DNA from: Cycas panzhihuaensis
Taxonomy: Eukaryota > Plantae > Cycadophyta
Assembly: GCA_023213395.1 (NCBI GenBank)
Contig: CM041465.1
Coordinates: 26,481,741-26,545,740, forward strand
DNA length: 64,000 nt
Direction of reading: 5' to 3'
The position numbers were made by a program, and so were the translations under genes. Below are positions 24,652 to 37,890 of the stretch, piece after piece; the stretch's first letter is position 1; each line of letters begins with the position of its first letter. The notes under the pieces are model-generated. The model was not told the DNA's origin and did no database searches. It saw only the letters and a program-made list of their open reading frames with translations.

Positions 24652-27600
24652 TGTTAATATGGTAGTTAATTATTAAGCCACTTAGTTAACATTAATGTGG
24701 TGTAATTAAGTGAAAATGTGCGAAGCTAAAAGGTGCAACTTATTCAAAGGGTCATAACCCTAATCGAGTGACACCTCTTGGGAGAGTATAAATGCCTTGA
24801 GACCTTATATATTCATCATCCAAGATCATTGTATCAATCCATTATGTAATAATCAAAGTGATCCATCAAGGATCCTTTTGTGGTGGGTTTTTTCTCAAAA
24901 GGGTTTTCCCACGTAAATTCATATGTATTGTGCATCTATTATCTGTGTATATTTATTTATTTTCTTGCTATGTATGGTAAAAGAATATGTGGTTGAGAAT
25001 ATTTGTGTATGATTTCATGTTCTTGAATATAGTATTAAATTCGTAGGGTCCTACATAGCTAAAGCTTGACATTGAGTAGGGCGGTGGGATCATTGGTTAC
25101 CGAGTAATGCCATCTAACCCAAGATGAATCTTGAGGGTCCATCAACCCCAACAACATGCAGAAGCAGGCACAGTATATCAGTGGTGGTTAAAGCAGTGAA
25201 GATCATTATTTGACAAGAACATAAGGGTTATTCGAAGCTGATTGAAAGTCTATTGCAAAGATTGATGCCTACAGAGCAGGTCATGATGGTGATTTAGAGA
25301 CTCTAAGGATAGCCATTCATATACACAAGTAAGTTAGTTATTTTTCCACTTAAAACACAATAAAATTCAAAAAAGGGAAGCTTTCTTTGGTGTCACCTAC
25401 ATTCAGTCTATATAAGGGAGAGATTGGAGCCTTCTTAGACTTTTTTTAGCTCTCTATACTGAAATTAGGTGAAGTACATAGTAGTATAAAGTATCATCCA
25501 ATGTATTTTTTAGTTGTAATTCTTTGTATTTGGGATTATGACCCCTCTCTTTGGTTGAATACATGTTTTGAGCCTACATCTATATACTAGAAGATAGTTG
25601 GACTATTTGTATATGTTGTTGAAGAGTTGTGTACTTTAAATGAGTATGATATAGTAGTTTTAAGGCTGTCTGAGTGTCTTATATGGTGGTTGGGTGGATT
25701 ATAAGTTGGTTGGGTGCTATTCTCTCCATTTGGGCACTATTTTTGATGATTTAACACCTTTTATGGTGGCTGGTAAATACTAGTGTTAGCTAGGCCATGT
25801 CTAGTCATTTTATCAGCTATAGAGAGGAGTGTAGGTTTGTGAGGAAGTCTACAGATCTGTGTATAAGGGCGCAAGATTGTAGAGACGAGTATAGGTTTGC
25901 AGGTCAATAGAGGTTATCACACAACTACCACACCCTATCTCACTTTGCGGGAGATCTCAAAGGGTTTATATTTGGACACACCCTATCTCACTTTGCGGGA
26001 GATCTCAAAGGGTTTATATTTGGATAAATATAACCTTTGGGAATCTTTACTATATTTAAGCACATGTTTATTAAGGTTTTTTAACATGTACATTAAGTGA
26101 AGAGGTGCAGGAGTTTTTAAAAAGTCACATTTGTTGGGAATATACTTTTTAGCATATTCCCCTCAATGAAAAAATATAAAAAGACCCTTGTATACCATTG
26201 ATATATGATATTTTAACACAATGTAAATTATTTGGAGTGTTTTTTGTCTATCTTGAGCGTAGATCAAGGAGATTTTGTGTCATTTAGACTTGGAGACCGT
26301 GCACTATAGCCATGTGGAGCCATCCTTTGTTCCTGCAACATCATTTTGAGTACATTAAGGGACATGTTGACACTTCTTAAGGGTATTTAAAGGTCATTTA
26401 TTGATGATTGAGGATACATAAATAGTTGGTGGCTCACTTAACGTGGGTATAGTCAATGTTGGGTGCCCTTGGAAGGCAAAGGAGGACATAGGGGTGTAAT
26501 TTTATCCTATAGACATTTGTTCTAGTATTAATTATTTTATATTGAAGCTGATTTCTCAAAGATAGAGTGTATTATGCCCAAAGTTATCTTCAATGGTAAT
26601 AATTTCAGAAAGTGGAAGGCCAATATGGAACTTATTCTGATGGTGAATCAACTCTAGGAAATCATAAAGGTGAAAGTGGATGCGATCCCATTAGACCATA
26701 AGGAGCATATTCATCTTGAAGAGAAGCAATTTATAGCAATGGGACTATTGAAATTATCACTGGCACTGGACAAGAGAGTGTTGGTTCACAATCTAGATAG
26801 ATGTCTAGCATTAATGTTGTAATTACTCAACTTGTATGTGGAGAATGAGAACAACATCAGTTCCTACCTTAACAAGATTATAGACTTAAAAAATAAGCTA
26901 GAGGAATTGAAGTTGAACTTGATCGATAATGCATTGCTATTCGCAATAATCATACCAAAATTCTCGGTTACCTTCGCCACATTCCAGACCATTTATGATA
27001 GAGATAAAGTGATGGAAGTAGAGACATTTTATAGGCTTTAAAACCTAATTCTAATAGAGGATTCCAAGCTCAAACATCATAGTATACTTGGAGGTTCTAG
27101 TTCAAGTCAAGCCTTAGCTATGAAAACTCAGAGAAAAGAGGTCATTAAGGAGGAGAAGATCACACAGAGGTCAGGAGAAAGTTCTCAAGACAAAAAGAAG
27201 TTCAATGGGAAATGTAATTACTACAAGGATGGTCACCGTGAGAAAAACTATTGGTTCAAGCATCGTGATAAGTGCAAAGTCAATCCAAATGATAAAGGGA
27301 AGAATATTGATACTCACTACATCTGAGCAAAAGCCTTATCAACCAAATAAGATTAGAGAGATTATTGGGTGCTTGAATCTAGAGCATAGAAGCATATTTC
27401 TTACCAGAGTAGAACTTTGATATGATGACTTCAAATGAAAGTGGTGCTTAGATTATCCTTGGAGATACTCATGTCTTGCTAGTAGAAAGTATTGATGAAG
27501 TTTCTTTTGCAGGAGGTAAATTTACTGGGGTGTATTATGTACCTAAGATGCAGTTTAACCTTCTTTCAGCTTGGGAGATCTGCAAACAAGGCATGAAGGT

Positions 27601-30600
27601 AGATTTCTATGATGATAAGTGCCTGATTAAGGATCCAAAATAGAACTTTACTATCATAACTACTAGAAAAGTCAGGGACAACTTTTGGGTATTTGAAAAG
27701 TTTCAATCTCAGAAGAAGTCCTACGCCTTTGTTGCTAGTGCAGATGACGTAAGTTGTGGCACAATCACCTAGGTCACATTAATTACAGGAGTATTACACT
27801 ATTGAATAGGTTGAAAATGGTGGAAGGATTATCATTGGTTACCTACTCAAATGATATGTGTGAAGGGTGTATGTATGGCAAGCACCACTGTTATCCTTTT
27901 GCTTGGGGTAATGCCTAGAGAAGCAAGGAGAAGCTGGAGCTTATATATTCAGACATAATAGATCCTCTTCCTAACCCTTCAATATATGAAGCTCATTATA
28001 CCCTTGTATTTGTAGATGACTATACTAGGAAGGCCTGGGTTTACTTTCTTAAGAACAAGTTAGATGTGTTTGATCACTTTTGTGACTAGAAAACGATGAT
28101 TGAAAATGAATGTGATAAGAAAATAAAGTCATTAAGAAGTGATAATGGCAAGGAATATGACAACAATGCATTTAATTAGTTCTACTATGATCATGGTATA
28201 AAGCAAGAATATACGGTCTTGTATACCCCACAACAGAATGAAGTTGCTGAAAAAAAGAACTGTACCATGATGGAGATGGTGAGGTATATGGTGCATGCTC
28301 AAAACCTGCCACTAAAGTTTTGGGCAGAAGCTATGGAGACGGTTGTTTACATTTTGAATCGGGTACCTACTCATGTAGTTTATAACATGACCCCCGAAGA
28401 GAAATGGACTGGTCATAAACTTGTCATTATCTATTTAAGAACATTTGGGTGTATCACGTATACCCAAAAGAAGCTAGATCGAAAAAGTCTAAAGTGTATA
28501 TTTATGGGGTATTGCACTAAGAATAAAGCCTATAGAGTATGGGATCCACAGGGGAAGAACATTGCAGTTAGGTGGGATGTCAAACTTGATGAGACATCGG
28601 TGTATCATGCTGATAGATCATTAGAGGAGCTATTTTACCCCTCTCTTCTCCCATTTCCATATTCATCAAGTGAAGAGGATATTGAACCAGTCATAAAAAC
28701 ACCTGAGGAGGTAGGATCAAGTGGGATGAGTAATAGTGAGGAGCCACCACGAGTTAAACTACCTCCAGTAACAGGTCCTTCAATACCTTTATGGGTAAGG
28801 AAGACTATAGAAGATTCCAGTGTGGTAATGCAAACCTTAACTGATAATTGAAGAACTCGAAGTTAGCATGGCAATCAAACTCTACTGGTAGACACCAACA
28901 CTTTAGTGATCCTTATTCATTTAATGAAGTAAGAGGAGATCCAAGATGGAAAGCTGCAATAGAGGAGGAGTATAGTTCTCTACTAAAGAATGACACATGG
29001 GATTTAGTTCTACTACCTTCGACAAAGAATCTTGTAAGATACAAGTGGGTCTATAAGATAAAGTTCTACTCCAATGGAGAGGTGGACAAGTTTAAGGATA
29101 GACTTGTTATGTAGGGATTCAAGTAGAAAGAAGGAATTGACTATGAGGAGAAATTTGCACCAGTCTCTAGAATGACAATGGTCTATTTGTTGATTTCCTT
29201 AGCAGCAACTTATGGTTGAGAGTTACATTAGATGGACGTAAAGTCTACATTCCTTAATGGAGATCTAAAGGAGGAGATATATATATATATATCGCAACCT
29301 CTAGGATTCGTTAAGGATGGCTAGGAGCATCTTGTGTGCCATTTGAAGAAGTCAATCTATGGCTTGAAACAAGCACCTCGTGCTTGGTATAAAAAGATGG
29401 ATGCAAAGTTGAAAGCTGAAAGTTTTGAGATTTCTAAACTCGACCTAAATATGTATGTGAAGAAAAGAGAGACTTCAATAATAGCTTGCGTGGTATATGT
29501 AGATGATTTGGTTATTGACGGTAACTATCGCAAGGCTATTGCTAAAATCAAATCCAACCTGGGAGCTTCATTTGACATGACAAACCTTAGGAGACTTCAC
29601 TACTTCTTGGGTATTTAGGTCAGGCAGATGGATGATAGGATTGTGTTGTTGTAGTCTCAATATGTGAAGAACTTACTGGAGAAATTTAGAATGTAAAGTT
29701 GTAAACTAGTTACAATACTATATGCAAAAGGCACTAAGTTGCATAAGGATATGGTCAAGCCCTCTATAGACAACACAAAGTATTGCCAGTTGGTAGGAAG
29801 TCTAATCTATTTGACTCATACTAGGCTTGATATTACATATGTTATTAGGTTGGTTTCCCGCTACACGCAGAATCCTCAAGAATCTCATTTGGTTGCAATG
29901 AAGCAGATTCTAAAGTATTTAAAGGAGGGGACTATCAATCTTGGTCTTGAATACCATTGAAGTGAAGAGATACGATTGAATGGCTATATGGATGCTGATT
30001 AGGAGGAGATTCCAATGATCATAAGTCCACTATTAGATACCTATTTGGAGTTGGCCATGGATTTGTTTCATGGCAGTCGAAGAAGCAACAGATAGTGGCA
30101 CTCTCTTTTATAAAGGTAGAATATCAAGGACTTAGTGCTGGTGAGAAGGAAGTCGTATGGTTGCAAGGTCTCTTGGAGTTTCAAATAGACACCTCATTAT
30201 CTTTGTTAATAACTAAAGTACTATTTACCTATCAAAGAATCCAGAGTTTCATGTGCATACAAAGCATATTAAGATGCAACACCATTATATTTATGAATAG
30301 ATCAAATCGGGGAAGCTGCAGGTTGACTACTATCTAATTGAATTCTAACTTGCGGATGTGTTCACCAAACTCTCACTGAAGATCAATTCATGAAGATGCA
30401 TTCCAGACTTGGACTTACCAATGTTATCTTTAATGGGAGATGTATCGACAAGGATAAAGAAGCTGCAGGATAATCCCAACCTTGTGATAGTATAACTGTT
30501 GCAATTGGTAGGCTCCTCACATTCACATTAAAGGGGGATGTTAATGTGGTAGTTAATTATTAAGCCACTTAGTTAATGTTAATGTGGTTTAATTAAGTGA

Positions 30601-30900
30601 AAAGGTGCGACTTATTCAAAGGGTCACAACCCTGATCAAGTGACACCTCTTGGGAGAGTATAAATGCCTTGAGGCCTTGTGTATTCATCATCCAAGATTA
30701 TTATATCAATCCATTATGCAATAATCAAAGTGATTCATCAAGGATCCTTTTGTGGTGGGTTTTTCTTGAAATGGTTTTCCCACGTAAATTCTTGTGTACT
30801 ATGAATCTATTATCTATATATATTTGTTTGTTTGCTTGATGTGTATGGTAAAATATTATATGGTTGGGAATATTTGTATATGATTTCATGTTCCTAAATA
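24652..30900 (+). mobile_element. Copia D, complete decayed element; LTRs 24652-25029 and 30539-30900
   Basis: TSD GAAAC (24647-24651 / 30901-30905), PBS relic at 25030, PPT attaaaggggga and gag from about 26573. ORFs 28219-28851, 28848-29114, 29334-29618 (VYVDDL) and 29739-29960. Confidence 0.95.
25929..26024. repeat. Perfect 48-bp tandem duplication
   Basis: cacaccctatctcactttgcgggagatctcaaagggtttatatttgga occurs twice. Confidence 0.95.
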
Positions 30901-31507
30901 GAAACTAGAAGTAGCATAGAAAGATACTTCATAAGAACTCAAAGAGGTAGATCACCTAATACTTTAGTATGCTATCAATGTGGAAGAACAAGTCATATTG
31001 TAGCAGACTATAGAACAATAAAAGTCTACCCATGCTATTATTGTAGAATGTATGGGCATCTCTTTAGTGTCAGAAAAGCAAGTACCAAATCACATCCATT
31101 ATAACTTAACAAAAATAACACATAAATATGATCTTCATTATTTTTAAGTGATCTACATTACTATATATTTATACTACTTGGTCACCTCTCAATCGACCAA
31201 TCACATGGCATAACTATTATAACCACCACTATGCACACACCTTAATAATGTATTTCAATGTTCCTAAGGGGGTTAAGGGTGACCTCTTAACACTAACATA
31301 TTCACCATTTTCTAATATTAATGTTACGCTATTAACATTTGACCACTTAACACTAGACCCTATAGACATTACTATCAGAATATTAAACTTTATTTCTGAC
31401 ACCCCTTATAATGTTTAATGCCAAAATAAATAGTTTCAAACTTATGATTTGCCAACACACTAAAGACCATCTACTTGTACACATATGCTTTACAAAATTA
31501 TTCAACA

Positions 31508-32905
31508 TCCCCCCTATAATGTGTATTTAGAATCTTTTAAATTTACAATGCCTCATCCTTCGAAATGTCTCAAGGATGATGTCTTTAACTCGATCTTTAA
31601 CTTCATACTTACGATGTAGTCCATATTGTTGTAGTCCTTGAAAGACTTTCTTTATTCTGGTATACAACTTCAAATTCTTCAACATAATAGGTTCTTGCCA
31701 ATGTAAAACTTTTCTTTGATTCCCTATTTTATAAGTCTTTACTTCGTTGAAATGCTCTATCATGTTAGAATAAAAAAAATGTTTCATAAGATAATCCTTT
31801 AATAAATAAGAAAGTGACATCTCAAAAAATGCAAAAGTTCTTGAAGAGAGAAGAATGATTCCTCTCTGTACTCATTGATACTTGTTGATACTACTAAAAT
31901 CTATTTTGCTTCGATAGCACAATCCTCAATCACTATATTTGTTCTCCCCATATCAATACAGGTTGCACAAAAATGGTTAAGATCATTACAAACTATGAGT
32001 ATATAAAATTTTTCTTTAGCAATAATAGCCAAGGTGGCATCTGTTATGCCAAGTGAAATCTCAAATGATCTAGTGTAGACAACCTTCTAAGCTACAACCA
32101 TTAATTTAATTAAAGATGTAACTCCCAAATCTTTTACTATCAAAGCAATCCATCTTCTTTAATTAATTGAAACATTTTGTATCTCATGAGAAACTTCAAT
32201 ATGAACTGGTTGTGATTTAGTCAAAATAGTTTTAGAATTATCATCTGTTTCAATGCCATGCTCATGTTGACTGGATATAACTTGATTAAGAATTAATAAG
32301 GTCATGCTCATTACATTCTCCATGTAGCTTTCCTCAACTTCAAATTCAAAATAATCAGGTATGTCTAAAATTTCCTTCTTAGTAATAGAACCATTAGATT
32401 ATTTTTTAATTTCTTGGGAAGTAATAATACTATGAGTGAGTGATGATCCTATGATAGTTACTTCATTATAATCACCAATAATTTCATCATGTTCATTGAG
32501 AATATATTCATCTAATGCATAGATAGGAATGATCTCTTCATCAAATTAACATTTTTCTTCAATACCAAATTCATCAATAGTGTTTTCTTCACCCTTACCT
32601 ACATCAGCTTCTTCATTTATATGTTGGTTATTCAATTTTGGACTAAACTTTTCCTTTAGAATGTTCCATGTCCTGTATGATCTACAAGCTAATTCTTCAA
32701 TGTTATCCTAGACAAAATGATATGTGTCTACTTCTAAGAAATGATGAATCCAACTAAGTGCAAGTCATCCTTCTTTTTAAGCTCTCATGTTTCATCTCTA
32801 TACCCTTCAAAATCAATGTCCCACCAACCAAATGTAGTGAACCAAGATTTCATATTTTTTTACCATTCTAAATAATTTTTTTCAGTTAGTAAAAACATAC
32901 CCATG
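31508..32905 (-). pseudogene. Copia gag N-terminus, acidic region and eroded RNase H tail ending in a second PPT
   Basis: MGMFLLTEKNYLEW*KNMKSWFTTFGWWDI...KKKDD.ALSWI...TWNILKEKF, and ...EVKDRVKDIILETFRRMR followed by attatagggggga. Confidence 0.55.
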
Positions 32906-33661
32906 ATGAAAATTAATTCTACCAGGAACAAATCTTAATCATATATCTTTTTGTCCTTTATAATTAGGAACTTTTACTTCTAAACAACAACACCAATTTT
33001 TTCTCAACTTCACCAAATTGGCAAAACTACATGACCTAGGTTTTAGAAGTAAACACTATCAAAATGATTTCTATACATTTTAGTCACTCCCCCTTCTATC
33101 TTGCTACTAGTTGGGTTGAGACTATTTTTTCTTTTATTATTGTTTCTCATCTATCGATGTTAGATTAACTAGGTTGACTTGGAACATACTTCCTAAACCC
33201 GTAAGTAATAATATGTATCTCAAACTAATCTCCCTAGTGATACAAATCTTCACTAACTAGTGCTTAGAGTGATCTCAATTCCACACATACTATACCAATG
33301 AAAAGAAAATGAAATTCCACTCCCTTTTAACAAATAGACCATATCACACAAAGTTTGCTATCTAAAGAATAATTTTGTTATCATTCAATTTAGGATATAC
33401 GCCTTCTTAAACATACTAGTTGCATTCATTTAATTCCTAATTAAATGTTATCTATATCCCTTTTTCATAGAATAGTTTACTTTAATTTCTAATGATAGAT
33501 CCATAATCTAGCTTATAACCATTTTTGTGCCTTGGATTCTTTTATTGTTTTTTTTATTAGATAAAATGAATTTTAGTGGGTTTGAAAGAGGATCCCACAA
33601 CCTAATACATCAAGAAAATGTGGCGCGACAGATAAGTATAAGTCCGTGACAGCCCCACGGA

Positions 33662-36600
33662 CTAGGCCAGAAAGCAAGGTGCCGGGACAAGCCCCACGGC
33701 TAGCTCACATATCAAGTCCTTCTCAACCAGAACCAAAAGATCCCTGGGAAAATCTGACTTCCATATTTGTCCTGCCCTTTGTCTCACTCCCCAATTTGCT
33801 AGAAAATCTACTGGTTTATTTCCTTCTCTCAGAGTATGCCTAATACGGACATCTGGCAGCCTCTTAATGATTTCCTTAGCATCATTAAATAAAAGTTGGA
33901 ATCTCCAATCCGGGATAACCTCCTCTTTCAAGGATTTCACCACAACCTCAGAATCTCCCTCAATAATCACTCTCTGATAATTACCTTCCACCGCAAGGTC
34001 AAGAGCTTTGAGCATAGCATGCATCTCTGCATAGTGGTTTGTCTGGCAGTCATAGAATTCCGCAAAAGCCCAAAGGGTAGACCCAGAATGGTCTCTACAA
34101 ATACCTCCCCACCGTGCCCCGGATTCCCCTTTGCTGCAAAATTTATCTTGACCCATGTCTCCTCAGGAGGCCGCCACTTGATATCTTTATTCTTTTCCGC
34201 CCCGAAGGTTGGAACTATATCCCACTTACTCATAATCCTTTTCTCTAGCCCAGGCATGGGTTTTTCTTTCACCGCTCGACGCTTTTCTCTTATTTCGCAT
34301 AAATTCTACAATAAATGGTAGTCCGTCCATCCGCTTTCACTAGAAGATTCTACGGTTCCTTTCTTTCCAAATGTTCCAGGCTAGGATCGGAAGAGCACTA
34401 GTCCAGGTGCAACTCAACGTCCTGCTCCTGAATGGGCTTTTCCAGGCCAGCCAAAGATCTGATATCTTCTCCGAGAATATCCAATTTACCTCAAATTTTC
34501 CCAGGAGCATTCTCCATACCTCCCCTGTGTAAGAGCACTCCAAAAAGATGTGGTCCATAGACTCTTCCTCCAAGCAGCATAAAGTACATCTGTTTACCAG
34601 CGTAAACCCTCTTCTTTTCAGATTATCAGCTGTAAGAATTTTGTTTCTCAAACAGGTCCACCAAAAAACAACAATCTTCGGAATGATAGGGAGCTTCCAG
34701 ACCCCCTCGAGGATAGGGTTTCTCTAGTCCCCTCTTGCTTGACACAGGTATAGATACCCTTGCTTAACAGAGTAAACCCCGGATGGGCTTAGGGGCCACA
34801 CTATCGAGTCCGCCGTAGGAAATCTAGGGATGTAACACTTGCCAAGCATGCTTTTGATCTTGCTAATGCCTTCTTGCACTCTATCACCTTGAATCTCCTC
34901 TAGGGTCTTCCAAGACCTGCTATCTCCGCTTCCTTCCCAATAGTCCTTCACATGACTACCATAGATCCTAACACAAGGACCCATTATGGGTTCCAGATCT
35001 GGATGATCCTTTAGCGCAACGTCACTGCACCATGCATCCTCCCAGAATCTGATGGTGTTTCCATCTCCGAGCCTCCATCTCAATCCACATCTTAAAGCAT
35101 TCCAAGCTTTCAGAATACCCCTCCAGATGGATGAGCCAACCTGAGAGACATCATTTACAGCCAAGGAACCACCTTTCACGTATTTCCTAGTTAGGATCTT
35201 CTCCCAGAGCCTCTCACCCCCTTTAAGCAGACGCCACCCCAACTTGGCCCCTAGAGCTGCATTGAAGAGAGGAAGTCTTCGGGTTAAGGCCCCACCATTT
35301 CGATGCACACCTTGTTCGGTGACTAAATGAATTACATCTCTGGTTTCCGGCCAGAGGAGGACCTTTTGGATAGATTCAATGATATCTGAGATGCCCGCCG
35401 GGACTCTAAAAATGGACATCTAGAAAACTGGGATGCTCTGTAGCATGGAGGCTACAAGTTGAAGTTTTCCAGCTTGACTTAAGAGTGCACCTTTCCATCC
35501 CGACTTTCTTTGCAACTTTGTCAATAAGGGGTTCCACATTTCCTTGGCCATCTTCCCAACAAAAGAGGAAGGCCGAGGTAGGTAGTGGGAGTTTTCGATG
35601 CCCATCTCCGTGCATCTGCCGATCCTACCTTGAATACACTGAGTATTTATAAAATATACATTGCTCTTATTCGATTTATCTTTTGATTCGTGGCCTTCTC
35701 AAAATGGCCCAGAACTCTTTGAAGTTGGTGGCCTCTCTAATTGTAGGTTTCCCAAGGAAGATATTGTCGTCCACGAATTGGTGGTGGGCCACATTGTCCA
35801 CTCCCGATGTCGGCTTTCTACCGGTTATAACCCCTGTCTCCTCAAGGACCTGTGGATCTACCCAACAACTCCGCCATCGTGATAAGCAGGAAAGGAGAGA
35901 GGGTCGCCCTCAACCCTCTAAATCCTGGGAAGAAGCAGGAAGACGTACCATTAATAATAACGGAGAACTGAGGATTTCTAATACATAGTTTTATCCATGA
36001 GCGCCACGTCTCTCCAAAGCCAAAAGCTTTTAGGCAATCAAGCAGACAGTCCTAGGAGACCCTATCAAAGGCCTTCGAGAGGTCAATCTTTATGAGCATC
36101 GCAGACTCCTTCCTCTCTGCCGCAGAGTGAATGGTTTCATGGACAACGATGTACCCATCGTATATCTGTCTCCCCCGGAGAAACCCATCTTGGTTCTGAG
36201 AGATGATGTTTGGCATAATTTGCTTTAACCTATTCACCAAAACCTTTGTTAGGATTTTATATTTGACATTGCAGAGGCTTATAGGCCGAAAGTCCTCCAT
36301 CCTTTCTGCTTCCTCTTTCTTAGGAATAAGAACCAGGAAGGTAGTCTGCCACTCCTGTAAGATCTTCCTATTTACGTAAAATTCTTGGAGCGCTTCCATG
36401 TAGTCTCCCTTGATAATATCCCAAAATTCTTGGAAGAACCCCGGGGGGAATCCGTCAGGGCCAGGCGCTTTGTCTCTCTTCATACTAAAAAGTGCCACCT
36501 TCACCTCTTCCTGAGAGAAAGGAGCTGTAAGCTGGGCGTTTTGGGCATCATTCACCAGGCAGGGGATGTTATTGAGGAATTCCTTCCTCAATTCCATGTC

Positions 36601-37890
36601 CCCATCCATCGGCTCCACAAATAGCTCCTTGAAATAATCACTGGCCACCTCCTTCATATCTTCAGTCGAACTAACTTCAGAGCCATCATCGCTATGAAGC
36701 TTGTTGATTCTGTTGTTCGCTCTATGTTTAACAGTAGTCATGTGGAAGAATTTTGTATTTCTGTCTCCTTCCGCCAACCACAGAGCCCTAGATTTCTGCC
36801 TCCAGTGGATTTCCTCCCTAGAGAGGATTTCCTCCAGGGACTCAGTCAACTCCTTTTCTACCTTGTCCATCTCTGGAGATCTGCCCAACCGCTCGATCTG
36901 ATCCTCAATATCCTTCAGGTCCTGGAAAGTCCTCTCCTTTCGGTCGTTTATATTTTGAAAGATTTCCTTGTTCCAGATTTTGACTTTCCTTTTTACCCAG
37001 TCGAGCTTCTTGGAAAATCTATACATAGCATGTCCTTCTATATCGATGCTCCACCATTCCTCCATTCTATACCTAAGATCCGGGTGACGGAGCCACATCA
37101 ACTCAAATCTGAATAGGGCCCCGATAAACTTCCCGGAATCCGAGACGTTCAGCAAAAGGGGCGAGTGATCAGAACTGATTCTCGGCAAGGCTTTGAGGGT
37201 GAAATCCTTAAAGCACCTCACCCAATCAAAATTTACCAACACCCTATCCAGTCTGATTTGGATAAGGTTATTCCCACCTTTATTGGTCCAGTGAAGGAGG
37301 CACCCCTAAGGTTAACATCCTCTAACCCCCCCTATTGCAAAAATTCACTAAAGTCACTCATACTGGTAGTCCAAATTTCGGTGCCCTCTCTTATCACCAG
37401 GGCAAAGGGTCGAGTTGAAATCGCCCGCCAATAGCCATGGGAGATGGCAGTCTCGTGGGCTTCAATCAATCTAGCCCAAAGACACTTTCTAGCTTCTTGA
37501 TGGTTTGGGGCGTACACATTAGTGGCAATCCATGAGGTGTTATTATTTCTGTTAGTTAACCGAACTGAAATGAAAGAGTCTTCTATCAGTAAAATTTCAC
37601 CCAACCAGATTGATGGGTCCCATAAAACCATCAGACCCCCTCTTCCTTAGGCATAATCCACCTCGATGCCTTGACTTGCTTCCAAATTTTGCTCCTAATC
37701 TTGGGTCCATTCTCTTTATTAAGTTTTGTTTCTTGAAGAAATAACAACCGGGTTGATGTCTTCTTCTCATATCTCTGATGATTCTTTGTTTTGAAGGGGC
37801 AGTGAGGCCCCAGATATTCCATGAGAGAATTTTTATCTCTTCTTCCTATGTTTCTGGACCTCACCGCCTCCCCTTTGGGGGCTCTCAGCA
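33662..37890 (-). pseudogene. LINE ORF2: APE endonuclease, RT, zf-RVT and RNase H (frameshifted)
   Basis: FLQETK, NVYAP, SDHSPL, WLAEGDRNTKFFH, KAPGPDGF, FRPISLCN, KIDLSKAFDRV, HQFVDD, CTLCCLEEESMDHIFLEC, WNIWKERNRR, AEMHA, IIEGDS and HTLREGNKPVDFLAN. Confidence 0.95.
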
